Source: Octopus sinensis (Eukaryota). Taken from it: a stretch of 64,000 nucleotides of DNA. The translations under genes were made by a program, and so were the position numbers. Below, piece by piece: positions 26,838 through 39,381 of this stretch (position 1 is the first letter of the stretch; each line of letters begins with the position of its first letter). The notes below the pieces were generated by a model. That model saw nothing but the letters and a program-made list of their open reading frames with translations. It was not told the origin of the DNA and ran no database searches. The stretch covers positions 10,106,001 through 10,170,000 of the forward strand of contig NC_043014.1 in assembly GCF_006345805.1 (NCBI RefSeq), written 5' to 3'.

Positions 26838-27159
26838 GCGAAGGTGCAATGGCCCAGTGGTTAGGACAGTGGACTCGCGATCGGAGGATCGCGGTTTCGA
26901 CTCCCAGACCGGGCGTTGTGCATGTTTATTGAGCGAAAACACCTAAAAGCTCCACGCGACTCCGGCAGGGTGTGGTGGCGACCCCTTTTGTACTCTTTCG
27001 CCACGACTTTCTCTCACTCTCTCTTCCTGTTTCTTGAGTAACTCTGCGATGGACTGGCGTCCCGTCCAGCTGGTGGGGAGCACATACGCCACAGAAACCG
27101 GGAAACCGGGCCCATGAGCCTGGCTAGGCTCGAAAAGGGTGACGTTTATCGTTTTTTTT
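26838..27159 (+). mobile_element. SINE head A / tail i with 14-bp TSD
   Basis: TSD taatatgtgaaaat at 26824-26837 and 27160-27173. Confidence 0.9.
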
Positions 27160-27432
27160 TAATATGTGAAAATACAGAATAATATACTAAGGACGCATAG
27201 GGATGTAGTTCAAAATTTAATATAATTGTTTTCTCTTTACATGGCTTTGCTCTGTTTGCTCAAACAATTCCCTATTTAACAATATCAAGTGAATGCAGTC
27301 TGGCAGAGAACGTCATCCAATAAGCTGTTTACTCAATGAAACTTAGATCATGCTATCCTCAACACACTACATAATAAAGTTATCAGTATAAAAACGGTTG
27401 AAACTTCTCTGAGTTGTTGTCGTTTCTTCCTT

Positions 27433-27963
27433 CTTGAGCCATACCAGGCTCATAAGGGCCGGCCGGTTTCCCGGTTTCCGAGGGGTATAGGTTCCCCACT
27501 TGGACGGGACGCCGGTCCGCCACAGGTGAGCTGTAAGAGGCAAAAGGAAAGAGTGAGAGAAAGTTGTGGCCAAAGAGTCAGCAGAAGTTCGCCGTTACTT
27601 TCTGCCGGAGCCGCGTGGAGCTTAAGTCTTTCGCTCATAAACGCACATATCGCCCGGTCTGAGGTTCGAACCACCGATCCCTTGACCGAGAGTCCGCTGC
27701 TCTAACAACTAGGCCACAAAATATATGTTCCTTCTCGAGCCATGCCAGGCCGGTTTCCCTGTTTCAGTGGCGTAGAAATTCCCCACCTGGATGGGACGCC
27801 GGGCCGTCGCAGCGTTACTTATTTTTGCCAGCTGAGTGGACTGGAGCAAGGTGAAAATGAGGTGTTTTTCTCAAGAACACAACGCCTCGCCCGGTCCAGG
27901 AATCGAAACCACAACCTTACGATCATGAGTTCAACACCCTAACCACTAAGCCACGCGCCTCCA
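27433..27963 (-). mobile_element. Adjacent SINE A/tail i (27433-27718) and SINE B/tail i (27736-27963)
   Basis: Reverse complements of the head A and head B consensus sequences. Confidence 0.8.
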
Positions 27964-28754
27964 CTCTCTAAGTGCATTTAGTTGCTTATCTCGAGTTAGA
28001 GCATGGCATCAAACATGATAATGTAATCTCTCCTTTTTAGTGGAGGACTGATCTTGCCTGGATCGTCACTTTTATGATGCTGACCAATGATGCTCGAACG
28101 CAGACGTAAAAAGTGAAGGCCGACGATCAGCCGGTGGCGGACATTTTAATGTGACTTGAAGGCAGTGGACATTAAGGAGGATGGGTAGGCAAGCGTAACA
28201 GCCTATTGAATACGGTGGAGAGAGCTTGCCGCACAAAGCGTTGAACAACGCGAGATGACCTAAGCTGCAAGAAAAGTGACCTCCTTTGCATACCTACTAC
28301 TACTATTACTACTACTACTACTGTGACTACTACCACTATCACCACCACTACCACCAATATTGAGGAGCTGATGCTATTGCTACTATTGCTCCCACTGCTA
28401 CTAATACTAAATCAAGCATCTGTAGATTACTAGGTGAACCCTTTTTGAACAGAACTTAGTCATGCGCGTCCTATCCTCTCAGATAAAATATCAAAGGACA
28501 AATGACCCAATATCCTTTAGTTAGATAGTGATGTGATTTAAAACAGTTTTGATCATCGTTTCTGGCACATAAGCTGCCAAATACATAATCTCTGCTCTCA
28601 ATGCAATCCAGTTTAGACTTCAATCTAATCCGCCTAGGCTCCCCGTTCTCAGTGCAATCCAGCCGTTTTCGGTGTACCAAACAGTGGATCCCTGATTGAA
28701 ATGCAAAGCAGCTGATATCTTAAGTCATGGCCTTCATGTTCACTGGTCCCCATA

Positions 28755-28965
28755 TATATATGATAGATCGTTAGCCACTACACACATTTTTTCTCTCCTT
28801 GTTTCTCTCCTTGTTTATTTCTGAGTCCCTTTCTGTAGAAGAGCGTAGGCTCGAAACGTAAAATACTTTTCCTATTCCTGAGCGTTATACTAATACATCT
28901 GTTTCTTTTATACACCACCTGTCTTCGTCTTTTGTTTTTTTCGTAAACTCTCCCTATATATATAT
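28755..28965 (+). mobile_element. Penelope-like pseudo-LTR relic in (TA)n with variant hammerhead-like motif
   Basis: ttt-ctgtaga-a-gagc gtag gctc-gaaac-gta-aaa at 28830-28863; TA runs on both sides. Confidence 0.45.
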
Positions 28966-29576
28966 GTTCGAAAATATGTCGGATTTGGGTAAAAGACAAT
29001 ACAGGGGGATTACATAATTAAGATTTTATTCAACATATTCAGTTCTCAGATTCACACACTTATTGCAGCTGGTCTTTAGATTTTCTAAGCTGTGTAAAAA
29101 AAACTGGGAAGTTTGGGCCTCCAGCTAGGCATTTCGCGACAACCCTAAAATCAGGGAAGTTTTTCGCACCCACTCATACAACCCAATTACGATTTTTCTT
29201 ATATCTGCAACACCTTACTACTTTTCGTACTCTCAGTGACAGGTGAGAAGACTAGACGAAGTCATTCATAGATGAGAGAGACCTGCCCCCACCCGCAATA
29301 TAGTGGGCTGTGCTACAGACTTCCAAGAGACGCGCATATTTCATTTATCCAAATTATTTTTGCAAGGCTCCCACTGAATCATGATAGAGAATATGTCCCG
29401 ACATACCATACAGGTGTATCGAACCTGAAAACACTCAATTGTGAAAAAGCTTCTGTACCACGGCGCTACGATTGTAATCGTGATAGACAATATTTTTAGA
29501 ATGCAAGCACTTTTCATTTAGGATATTAGTACCAGCAGTTTTTTTCTGTTTTATTATGAGTAGTTTAGTAACAGTT

Positions 29577-29598
29577 TAAATTATTATTATTATTATTA

Positions 29599-29634
<36 letters not shown>

Positions 29635-29790
29635 CAGCAGCAGTAGTAGTAGTAGTAGCAGTAGTAGCAGTAGTAGTAGTAATAGTAGTAGTAGTAGTTG
29701 TTGTTGTTGTTGTTGTAGTAGTAGTGGTGGTGATGGTGTTGTTGCTGGTAACAGCAGCAGCAACAGCAGTGGTAGCAGTTGTTGTTGTCT
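29577..29790. repeat. Compound TTA/TAG/CAG/TTG trinucleotide array
   Basis: Direct sequence. Confidence 0.95.
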
Positions 29791-30104
29791 TGTAGTATTT
29801 GACTTGAACGCAATGCCACGCATTAATTTGTGTTGAATAAAGCAGTAATTATTCAACCTTGAATTAAAGATAAAAAATCCGCTTCGATGAGACTGCATCT
29901 GTTTGACGTACAGTTAGTCGAGCAAAAGACACAAACTAAGCTATCTGGTGCACTTCCGAGACAATGGAAACCATGCACAGTAGTAGCTGCAGTGACCCGC
30001 GAATATCTTTATCGTTTGTGTATTTGTGACCTGCTCGTAGTTTTATCAGCTAGGGGCCCTCTAGGGGTTTGTCAATACTCTCGAGTCCTTCTATGTTATT
30101 TATT

Positions 30105-30383
30105 TATGCGCCCTTTTCAAGCCTAGCCAGACTCATGGGCCCAGTTCCTCCCAGCTGGACGGGATGCCAGTCCATCACAGCGTTACTCAAGAAACAGGAA
30201 GAAAGAGTGAGAGAAAGTTGTGGCGAAAGAGTACAACAGGGGTCGCCACCATCCCCTGCCGGAGCCGCGTGGGTTTTTTTGTGTTTTTGCTCAATAAACA
30301 CACACAATGCCCGGTCTGGGAATCGAAACCGCGATCCTCCGACCGCGAGTCCGCTGCCCTAACCACTGGGCCATTGCGCCTCC
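30105..30383 (-). mobile_element. SINE head A / tail i
   Basis: Reverse complement of the consensus; interrupts an older ~260-bp duplication. Confidence 0.85.
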
Positions 30384-31019
30384 TTTATGTTTTGTACTGC
30401 ATTCATATTACAATACAAGCTATTGCAGCTAGTCCGTAATTTGATGTGGTCAGTCCCCAAACCTTTTTGACAGCATCCTGCTCTCTTTCTATCCACACTT
30501 GCCATTAAGACATATGATTAGCCAGGCTCTTGCGACTAGTTCATACATTCATGTGACCACACCAAAAACATCTTTGTCGGCATCATCAGCTATCAACCAT
30601 CAGCTAGGTGCCCTCTGTGTCCAGGACTTCTTAAAACTCTAGTTTTCCGTCTGCGTTGTACTGCATGCGTGCAATTAGCCACTCTTGTACCCTGTCTATA
30701 CTTTGATGTGGTCAGTCCAAAAACGTCTTTGTCGGCATCTTGCTCTTTCCCTCTCCACACGTCCAATCAGGATTGACTTAGGCGGTGACTCATATTACCT
30801 TGAATGTCCAAGTAATTATTAATAAAAGCTGCAGAATATCTGATGAGTGTGGAATTCATTTTAGTCAAATTTTATTCAGTTATGAATGGTCCAATAAAAC
30901 AATATGTACCAAGTAACAAATAAAAAGGTATGTTAGCCTGCCCTGTGGTGACAGTGGACAAAACGGAAAAGGCTTTGCCCAAGAGCAAGCAGAGAAATAA
31001 TCGCTAAACGGCTACTCTG

Positions 31020-31640
31020 AATCACGGGGCTTGCATTTGTGGATAGCTAGATCCGCCAGGCAGTGGTGAGCAGAAGTGTGATCAGAGGACCTAGGACACT
31101 GGTAGTCTTCACTGGCAGATGCTCAACTATAGATCTACTAGAGGGCGGCTTGAATTTTGACGTTTTGGTCACGAGCAAGGAAGCTTGGGATGGCAGCTGA
31201 TCACATCAGGTTGCCACTGGAGACGGCATCACAACATGTGACATCCGAAATGAGGTACCTACCACGGTGGACCTGGAAAATAGTCATACTGTCAGGCGTT
31301 TATCGTCCCCTCAGTCTAGCGCCACTGGCTCAAGCTGAGAAGGGAATATCTCATTGTGAGCAGCATGGTGTAGAATACCGTAGGACTATAGTGGCATGGC
31401 AATGAGTGGAGGCCTCAAGAATCCAGAGCGAAATCAGCAGCAGCATTTATGAGACCAAGCCTCAGGGAAGTAGCGAAGCGCAGACAGTCGCTATCAATCT
31501 GAGTGATGGAACTGGTTGAGCCAAGCACAGCAGGAGGATGAGAAGCCGAGAGGAAACATGGCAACCGTCCTGGTCAAGTTGGCACACCAACCCATCCGAA
31601 ATCATGCTGCACTGAATGGCGTGCCATTTGTTTTGGGGGT
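31020..31640 (-). mobile_element. CRE-clade non-LTR retrotransposon C-terminal fragment (RLE domain), heavily decayed
   Basis: Frameshifted peptides CAWLN..PVPSL..DSDCLRFATSLRLGL, DS*GLHSLPCHYS, HHAAHNE..FPSQLEPVALD*GDDKR/PDSMTIF..RGRYLISDVTCCD match the CRE pattern AWL..P....LD...R....LRLG / HxxxCx..GRxxRH / EP.GL.RGDGKRPDG.T.....G..L.WD.T..D. Confidence 0.75.
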
Positions 31641-31762
31641 CTCTGCGTCAACAAAGGAGCGAGGGCGATAGATGCCTGCAGGCTAGAGACTGAGCTGGCT
31701 CATGTTGCATAGGTGACTGCGCGCTCCCTCATAACTTTTAGTTCAACTACGTGATAAAATGT

Positions 31763-31985
31763 GGAGGCGCGTGGCGTAGTGGTTAGGGTGTCAGCACCAT
31801 GATCGTAAGATTGTGGTTTCGATTCCTGCACCGGGTCGACGCGTTGTGTTCTTAAGCAAAACACTTCATTTCACATTGCTCCAGTCCAGCTGGCAAAAAT
31901 GAGTAACGCTGCAATGGACTGGCGTCCCGTCCAGGTGGGAAACACATACGCCATAGAAACCGGGAAACCGGGCCCATGAGCCTGT
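31763..31985 (+). mobile_element. SINE head B / tail i
   Basis: gtggaggcgcgtggcgtagtgg...ccgggcccatgagcctg. Confidence 0.85.
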
Positions 31986-33264
31986 TATTTTTATTTTTTA
32001 CGCGATAAAATGGCTTCGCATTTATAGTCAAGCATACTGAACTTTGCTTTTGGGTTCAAATCTCGCCCCTGTCGACTTCACTTTTATTCATTTCGTATCA
32101 ATAAAATAACCATCCATCAAATACTGATGTTGAGTCATTAATTACATTTGCACATGTGTGACTGTTCGACATTTTATTAAACTACTGATAAAAGAGACAA
32201 AAATGCTATCTTGATAAAACAGAAATGTAAAAGGAAAATGAAATGCTTGCGAAAACATTTAAATATCACATATCTTTAAAATATTTCCAGAAGTATCAAT
32301 TAGAGGAATGTAGAAGGCACAGCAGCGATAGGAAAGATATGCAGGTGTTTTGAAAGGTGAGTGTTATGCGTTGGTGTTAGGAAAGGGGTTCGCGAGCAGA
32401 TAATTCGTTATATATGAACAAATTTGTCAGGATTAATGATTAATACTAGTGATATGCTGTATTTATAATTCGATACTTCAATAATGAAGGGACAAAACAA
32501 CAAACCGGTAAAGCAATCACTGAAACAAAAAAGCACAGTCAACACCAGTTATAGTTAACAGACAACAACAACAACACCAGCAACAACGCTAATATGTCGC
32601 TTATATCTGTGACCAAAAGATTACCAAGCAGCTGTTTTATGACAGTTAGGATAAATTGGCGCCTGCTTCGTGATCAAAATTTCTCATCATATACATCCAC
32701 ATACATCAGCGCTCGGGCTTATGCATACATACTCACACTTGTACAAGCGTATACACACAGCCGTACACAATCACGGACACACGTACACAAGCACACACGT
32801 ATTAGTATTAAGAGAGTCGTGCTGTATCCATGGAAGTCTGTGCATATCTGTCGACGTTTGCATAAAATTTCTTTTTCCTTTCTTATATTGTGTCTTCGGA
32901 TTTATATTAATCCGAAATGTCAGTCACTGAAGAACTAACAGACCTAGATAGGAATGAAAGTGTTGAACAAATAGCAACGCAAGAATCTTGTTTACCTTTC
33001 TTTATTCCGTGTAAACGTGCTTAAACACAGTTTTGCCTCGACATCCAGTACATTTTGTTGCTGTGAATAAAAGCAAATGTATTCAAAAACTTAAGAATAT
33101 TCGAAAAATAATGTTATAATGATAAAGATGATAATGGTTTCAAAGTTTAGCGAAAAGGAGGTGGTTGATTGCATGAAAAAAAATAGTACATGACGGGCTC
33201 TTCATCTTAAAAACCAAGAAAGGTCCAGCTCGCTGTCTTTGTCATAATAATATCCATAATAATA

Positions 33265-33590
33265 GTGAGGGCGCGTGGCTTAGTGGTTAGGGCATTCGGC
33301 TCATGATCGTAAGGTTGTGAGTTCGATTCCCGGCGACGCGTTGTGTCCTTGAGCAAGACACTTTATTTCACGTTGCTCCAGTCCACTCAGCTGGCAAAAA
33401 TGAGTTGTACTTGTATTTCAAAGGGTTAGCCTTGTCACTCTCTGTGTCACGCTGATTATCCCCGAGAACTACGTTAAGGGTACACGTGTCTGTGGAATGC
33501 TCAGCCATTTACACGTTAATTTCGCGAGCAAGCTGTTCCGTTGATCGTATCAGCTGGGACCCTCGTCGTCGTAACCGGCGGAGTCTTTTA
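33265..33590 (+). mobile_element. Young SINE head B / tail ii with 13-bp TSD
   Basis: TSD atccataataata at 33252-33264 and 33591-33603; near-identical to 61422-61747. Confidence 0.9.
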
Positions 33591-33615
33591 ATCCATAATA
33601 ATAAATAGATAGATA

Positions 33616-33668
33616 GATAGAGAAATTAAGGCCAATAGGCCAGATATAATTGTCAGAGATCACCAGGG
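33616..33668 (+). mobile_element. Tiny R4/Dong RLE fragment (DREIKANRPDIIVRDHQG)
   Basis: Matches the start of 22255-22693 (reverse complement). Confidence 0.7.
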
Positions 33669-33754
33669 TATATTTGTTTGTTTATATGTATGTAATTTTG
33701 TATGTATTTATGTAGACATATCACCCCCACCATATATATATATATATATATATA

Positions 33755-34070
33755 TAAATTTTATTTTAATTCTCTCGCAGGAAGGCCTATTGGATTAGTG
33801 TTCTGTTATGCCTTCGAAACATGCCTGACTCCTCTAGCGACAGCTGATGACGGGGGTTTTGTCCTTGTGTAGCTCGTCCTGTATTTGTTTTTCGTTTTCT
33901 TGTTTTTCGTTTTCCGTTTTCTTGTTTTTTGTTTTTTGGCTTTTTCCGTTTCTACGTCTTATTGTGATGTCCTGTACTCCCGTATAATTATTTATATATG
34001 CATGTATATATACATGTAGATGTAGGTACGTACATATATGTTTGTATGTATGCATATATTTTTATTTATC
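33755..34070 (+). mobile_element. Penelope-like terminal repeat family X
   Basis: Homologous to 18775-19075 (reverse complement) and 14160-14350; TA-flanked. Confidence 0.55.
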
Positions 34071-34071
34071 T

Positions 34072-34116
<45 letters not shown>

Positions 34117-34514
34117 ATAAGATCGTTAATTTAAAATAAAATAACGATTTTATCAAGTGGTCAGCATGGAAAAAATAACCTTCAAATGTAATAATTATTA
34201 AAATTATAAATTAGGGTATCTAATCTATGTGTGTATACACACACATGGATGCGCGAATATATATATATATATATTTTTTCAAAATATCCCGTATGATATA
34301 ACCATTTCAACCTCTGTTACCAGTCGGTGTCGCACTGGTTAGTGGGTTACACCATTTTAGATTAAAACCGCGGTTAAGTAACATCACAGTGTCTTCCAAG
34401 ATAGCAGGTATCGATTTATGTATTTATATCTCATTAAAAAAAAACAATATTTACCATTATCATCAACTGTAGACATATCAAACTTCACTTTCGCGTCACC
34501 CGAGCGGAATCTTG

Positions 34515-35111
34515 GGATAATTTCGGTTTGAACGGCAGTTTTTAAAATAATTTCCACGTAACTAAACACTTTTAAACTTCGTATAATGGTAGAATGTGTT
34601 TATAAAACATATTTTTCTCTTACCTTTATTGAGAAAATTCTATATGTTGTTAAACTTAGCTACCTTGTTCATAAAGACTGGTGGTTTATTGTTCGAATGC
34701 ATATTCCGATGCTTGGATCTTTTCGGTTTGAACGGCAGTTTTTAACATAATTTCTAGGTAACTAAAATATTTTAAACTTCGTATACTGGTAGAATGTGTT
34801 CATAAAACATCTTTTTCTCTTGGCTTTATTGAGAAAATTCTATAGTTTGTACGATATTTGTTGTTTTTTCTTCCATTTCTGCAATTTCAACCAATCAATG
34901 ACGTCTATTGAGGTAAAAAGTATTCTGTCCCTCGTTTAAGAAACAGATTGGGTTTATTTACATTTCTGAAGAAAAAACATGTCCTTCTCCCCACCACTAA
35001 CTCTAACCCTAAACTAGATTGAAGTGCAATAGATCGATACTAGGGTCATAATTATGGGTGACAATTTCATGACGCCGCTAGAAATAACTGCTGTTCAAAC
35101 CGAAAAGATCC
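34515..35111 (+). mobile_element. Composite Merlin-like MITE with 8-bp TSD gaatcttg and an internal second left end
   Basis: TSD at 34507-34514 and 35112-35119; inner left TIR at 34715 preceded by a 72-bp copy of the 20171-20242 flank. Confidence 0.85.
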
Positions 35112-35158
35112 GAATCTTGTTACGTTACTTCATAAATTCATGCATTCCTTTGTGTTAG

Positions 35159-35208
35159 TTCACCACCCAGATGAAATAGAAAGTTCACAACAAAGTGAGA
35201 GGTTGAAT
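35159..35208 (+). CDS. Candidate 50-nt exon (HHPDEIESSQQSERLN)
   Basis: ttcctttgtgttag|TTCACC...TTGAAT|gtgagt; no homology recognised. Confidence 0.15.
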
Positions 35209-35504
35209 GTGAGTCCATGTGTTAGACTATATAATTGTGAGTGCGTACCACTCGTTGACAGATAATTTTTTGTTCTTCCAACTCAAGCAACAATTATTGC
35301 AGGACGTAAGTTGCATGTTATAGCCATTCAGAAATCAATAAAGATCGTTAATTTCGATGAAATATTTATTGTTTGCAATTCAACATTGATTTTTCGTTCG
35401 AAACCCTGAGCCGTTTACACTGAGTGGGAGTATAATTTGTTAATGACCAGGTCGCATTTTAGAGCGAAGAAGCATTTGACACCATATTCTTTTTTTTCCT
35501 TTTT

Positions 35505-35789
35505 TCGCCCTTATCAAGCCTAGCCAGGCTCATGGGCCCAGTTTCCCGGTTTCTGTGGCTTATGTGTTACCCCCCACCCCCAGCTGGACGGGACGCCAGT
35601 CCATCGCAGCGTTACTCAAGAAACAGGAAGAGAGAGTGAGAGAAAGTTGTGGCGAAAGAGTACAACAGGGGTCGCCATCACCTCCTGCCGGAGCCTGGTG
35701 GACCTTTTAGGCGTTTTCAATACACAATGCCCGGTCTGGGAATCGAAACCGCGAGTCCGCTACCTTAACCACTGGGCCACTGCGCCTCT
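35505..35789 (-). mobile_element. SINE head A / tail i
   Basis: Reverse complement of the consensus, with an internal deletion in the head. Confidence 0.8.
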
Positions 35790-36793
35790 ATATTTGACAC
35801 CATATAACAAACAATAAATACTTAAGTGCAGTTAATAGTTTTCTTGTTTTTTTTTAATTGTTCACATGTGTCCACTGTACTGCAATTGTTTTAGTTTCGA
35901 TATTCGGTGTCAGATTAAATCACTTGCCTGTCAAGTGCCACTCCGTAAAATTAACATATACTCAATCAAACTGATTAAAATAACATAACTAACATAAAAC
36001 ACAAAGGCTGTAGTACACACACATACACACACAGTAGCATGATATCAGTTGAACCGTATGAGACAATTCTCATCTTATTTTGATTTCATACAAAAAAGAG
36101 GTTATGTGAATATTCCGCAAAATTTTAAAGAATAGCGAACAAACTTGTTTTGTTTAAAAGATGAATTGCCTTTTGATTGTTTGAGCGAATCAGAATAACT
36201 GAATCAAGATATCGGTAACTACCGAATGTATTAAGAATGTGCGTAGGTTGAGCGATTAAGTTGTCTTCATCCCAGGTTAATCATGATTTTGTTAATTCCT
36301 AACGGTACAGGGCAATGCATATATAAAAACCCCATAAAAAAGATACTCGCCAGTCCTAAAAATAAATGAATTATTAACAAGATACAAATGATATTCATCT
36401 AGATGGAACTGTGTTTGGCAGCGATAGTTTTACGACAACTGTTACATCACAGACGTGGATTAACCATTATTCAAAATGTCGTCGGCTTATGGCTATTTGC
36501 CTTCTTTATTTTTTCGTTTCTCATTGACCTCAAGCCAGACAAAAAGATGGACCAATAAATTGTGTTTTATGAGTGACGATTTTTTTTTCAGAATCTCTTT
36601 TACTGGAATATAGGAAGGCAGCAGCTTTTATGCTTTTAACAGATTAAGCTTAAAAAAGATCAGATTCTAAACTTCGAGGTGTACAGATTCTACTTCGCCA
36701 TCAAGATTTTATTTAGTCTTTCCTAGAAAGAAATTCATTCCGCTGTATGTTGCAAGTTTAGGTCCTGTTTCTGATCGGGATCGAATATATGTA

Positions 36794-36839
<46 letters not shown>

Positions 36840-36909
36840 ATAATTTCTTTTCCGTAATGAGGTAAAAAAAACAAGGCTGAGTAGATTTTAGAACAGTTGT
36901 AGATAGAAG

Positions 36910-36957
36910 GTCTTACGGCTGTTTCAAGGATATTTATTTTATCAATTCATCGGAGAC
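36910..36957 (-). ncRNA. Degenerate type I hammerhead-like motif (CCGAUGA core) in a TA-flanked repeat
   Basis: gtct-ccgatga-a tt gata aaataaa tatc ctt-gaaac-agcc-gta-agac; stem II base mismatched. Confidence 0.35.
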
Positions 36958-37194
36958 GGTGTGAGAGAATAGTTCAGTAATAGTTAAACTAGATATGATA
37001 CAAAATACAGAGTGAGATGGAGGAAAGAAAATAGATGTGAGATATGTAGGTATATTGAATTTGTAGATCCATTTTTGGTATATGTGTGTGTGTGTATGTA
37101 TAGATATTTAAAACAATTGCGCAATGCTAGGCCTCTTATCCTAGATATAACATGCTAAGTCTTGCTGGTCTTTGCATGAGCTGCACTGGAGCGT

Positions 37195-37740
37195 ACGAGT
37201 CGTTCAAATGTTTCCAAAATAGCCGATAAAATTTCGACAGCGACGCGCGCTCAAGCATACTCGCAACTAGCAGAACTGATGCGTCTACCTTTTCGGAAAC
37301 ACCGACGGAAGTTCGTGCCTGAGTTGGAAGATGTGAACATTAGTTACGGTTCAGTTTTGTTTTTCTTGCTGAATAGTCTGGATATGTGACGTATGTCCGC
37401 CAAGTTTGAGCCTAAACCCCTTTCAGCTGCAGCAGTTTTTGGCCAACTTCAACATTCCCTAGGTCTGATAATCACCATATTCCACAGATATCTTTCCTTG
37501 CATCTTCTTCCTCTTACCAAAATTCAAATTTCATTGAAAGGAAGAAAATTTCAAAATCTCGAGGAAATGCAAGAAAATGCGACGAGATATCTGCATGGTA
37601 TCCCCACCAAAATAAGTTTCAGGTATGCTACCAACAATAAAAGTGATGCTAGATGAAGGACATTCAATACCAAAATGCTACGTATTGTAATTTTCTATTT
37701 GTGGCACCTGTTTCGATATTTTTTGATCAGATCTCGAATA
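37195..37740 (+). mobile_element. Decayed, internally deleted mariner
   Basis: Peptides SAKFEP and LTKIQISLKGRKFQNLEEMQENATRYLHGIP; TIR-like right end ttttttgatcagatctcgaata. Confidence 0.6.
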
Positions 37741-38038
37741 CCATTGCTTCTTTTAATCTAGTTCCAATAAGACGTCACCAATTATCGCACTCTACAAAAT
37801 AGATATCCATACACAGATAGCACAAACAACGGATCCAGATACATCTCCACAACATTTAAGTAACTGTGTATAAAATAGATATAATAATGAAAATATAGGA
37901 AATACGAACTCATTTAGATACACGCAACAATACATTCAAACAAGGCAAAGAAACATGCGTATTCAAACAAGGCACTATATTCATATGTACATGCATGTAT
38001 ATTTTTTTTGTGTCCGTGATGGTTTATGTGTGCATATA

Positions 38039-38117
<79 letters not shown>

Positions 38118-38252
38118 ATATATATAGTAATAATATTTGTTATTCTACCAAATATATATGTTTTATCTTATATGTAATCTTTCTATAATATGTAATTTTT
38201 CTAAATCGCATAATTTAATTTTTCATTATTGAATTGCTAGGTGTTTTTTCTA

Positions 38253-38368
<116 letters not shown>

Positions 38369-38557
38369 TATGATTTGTAATATATAGTGTATAGTATGAC
38401 TAATAATAAGAATTGAAGGTATTAATTTTGATAATTTGGAATAAGAATTGTAAGTATTAATTTCGATAATTTTAATATTTAGTCCTCTATCTAAATATTA
38501 TAGATAATGTCATTCAATGATGATTGAGTTGCTTGAGGGTGATTCTGTCTCTTAAGC

Positions 38558-38596
<39 letters not shown>

Positions 38597-39381
38597 ATAT
38601 ATATATACGTACATGCAAACGCGTTCATTAATGCTCCCTTGCTGCTTAACAGGTCACATTAATGAATGTCAGGTGACCTGTTTAATCCTGAATAGAGAAA
38701 AGAAAGCAGCTCAAAATGGAATTACAATTTAACGATCAAAATGTCTAATTATTTGCCAATATCTACGATACCTGATTTATTTCTGTAACAAAGGGTGAAT
38801 TGCGACAAAGTATTCAGTGTATGAAATAGTATGAGGCTTCCTACTATGTTTAGATGATGAGAAGCCAAGAAAATCTGAAATCAAATTAATTGGATTTTAA
38901 GTTGGATTCTTTCCCCGAAAGATAAAATATTTTATCGGCTCATATTTTTGGCCATTTTTCTTACTTATATTGAAATCATACTCATAATGTATTACAAATA
39001 TGAAAAGGAAATATTTTGCCTTGCAACAAAAAAATGTTGCAGCAAATGTATATCTGCTTTTAATATTAGTATTGTAAATACATACACTTAAAGAGGAAAA
39101 TGTTTATAAAATAATATGAACATTCTCAAAACATTTAAACATGGAAGGGAAAATGTAATAAAAAGTTTAAAGATGGAAGAAGAAACAATTCAAACACAGC
39201 GATATTCTCCTTTGCAGAAAAACCGTTTTGCAACAAGTCTCAATGTTTTGTGTATATGTTAATTAAGTAACAAACTTAATCCCACACCATAATTCTAGGT
39301 TTACATCCTAGACCTACATCCTAACATAGGAACGTTAACACCAAGCTCTAGCAACTATAACTAACCCTTATCCCTAATCTT

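Noticed and set aside
28471-28680. RTE-like C-terminal remnant (GSLCARNDDQNCFK)
   Set aside because: The resemblance is too weak to support without a search.
38648-38682. Hairpin aacaggtcac/gtgacctgtt as a pre-miRNA or nuclear-receptor element
   Set aside because: It is too short for a pre-miRNA and there is no supporting context.
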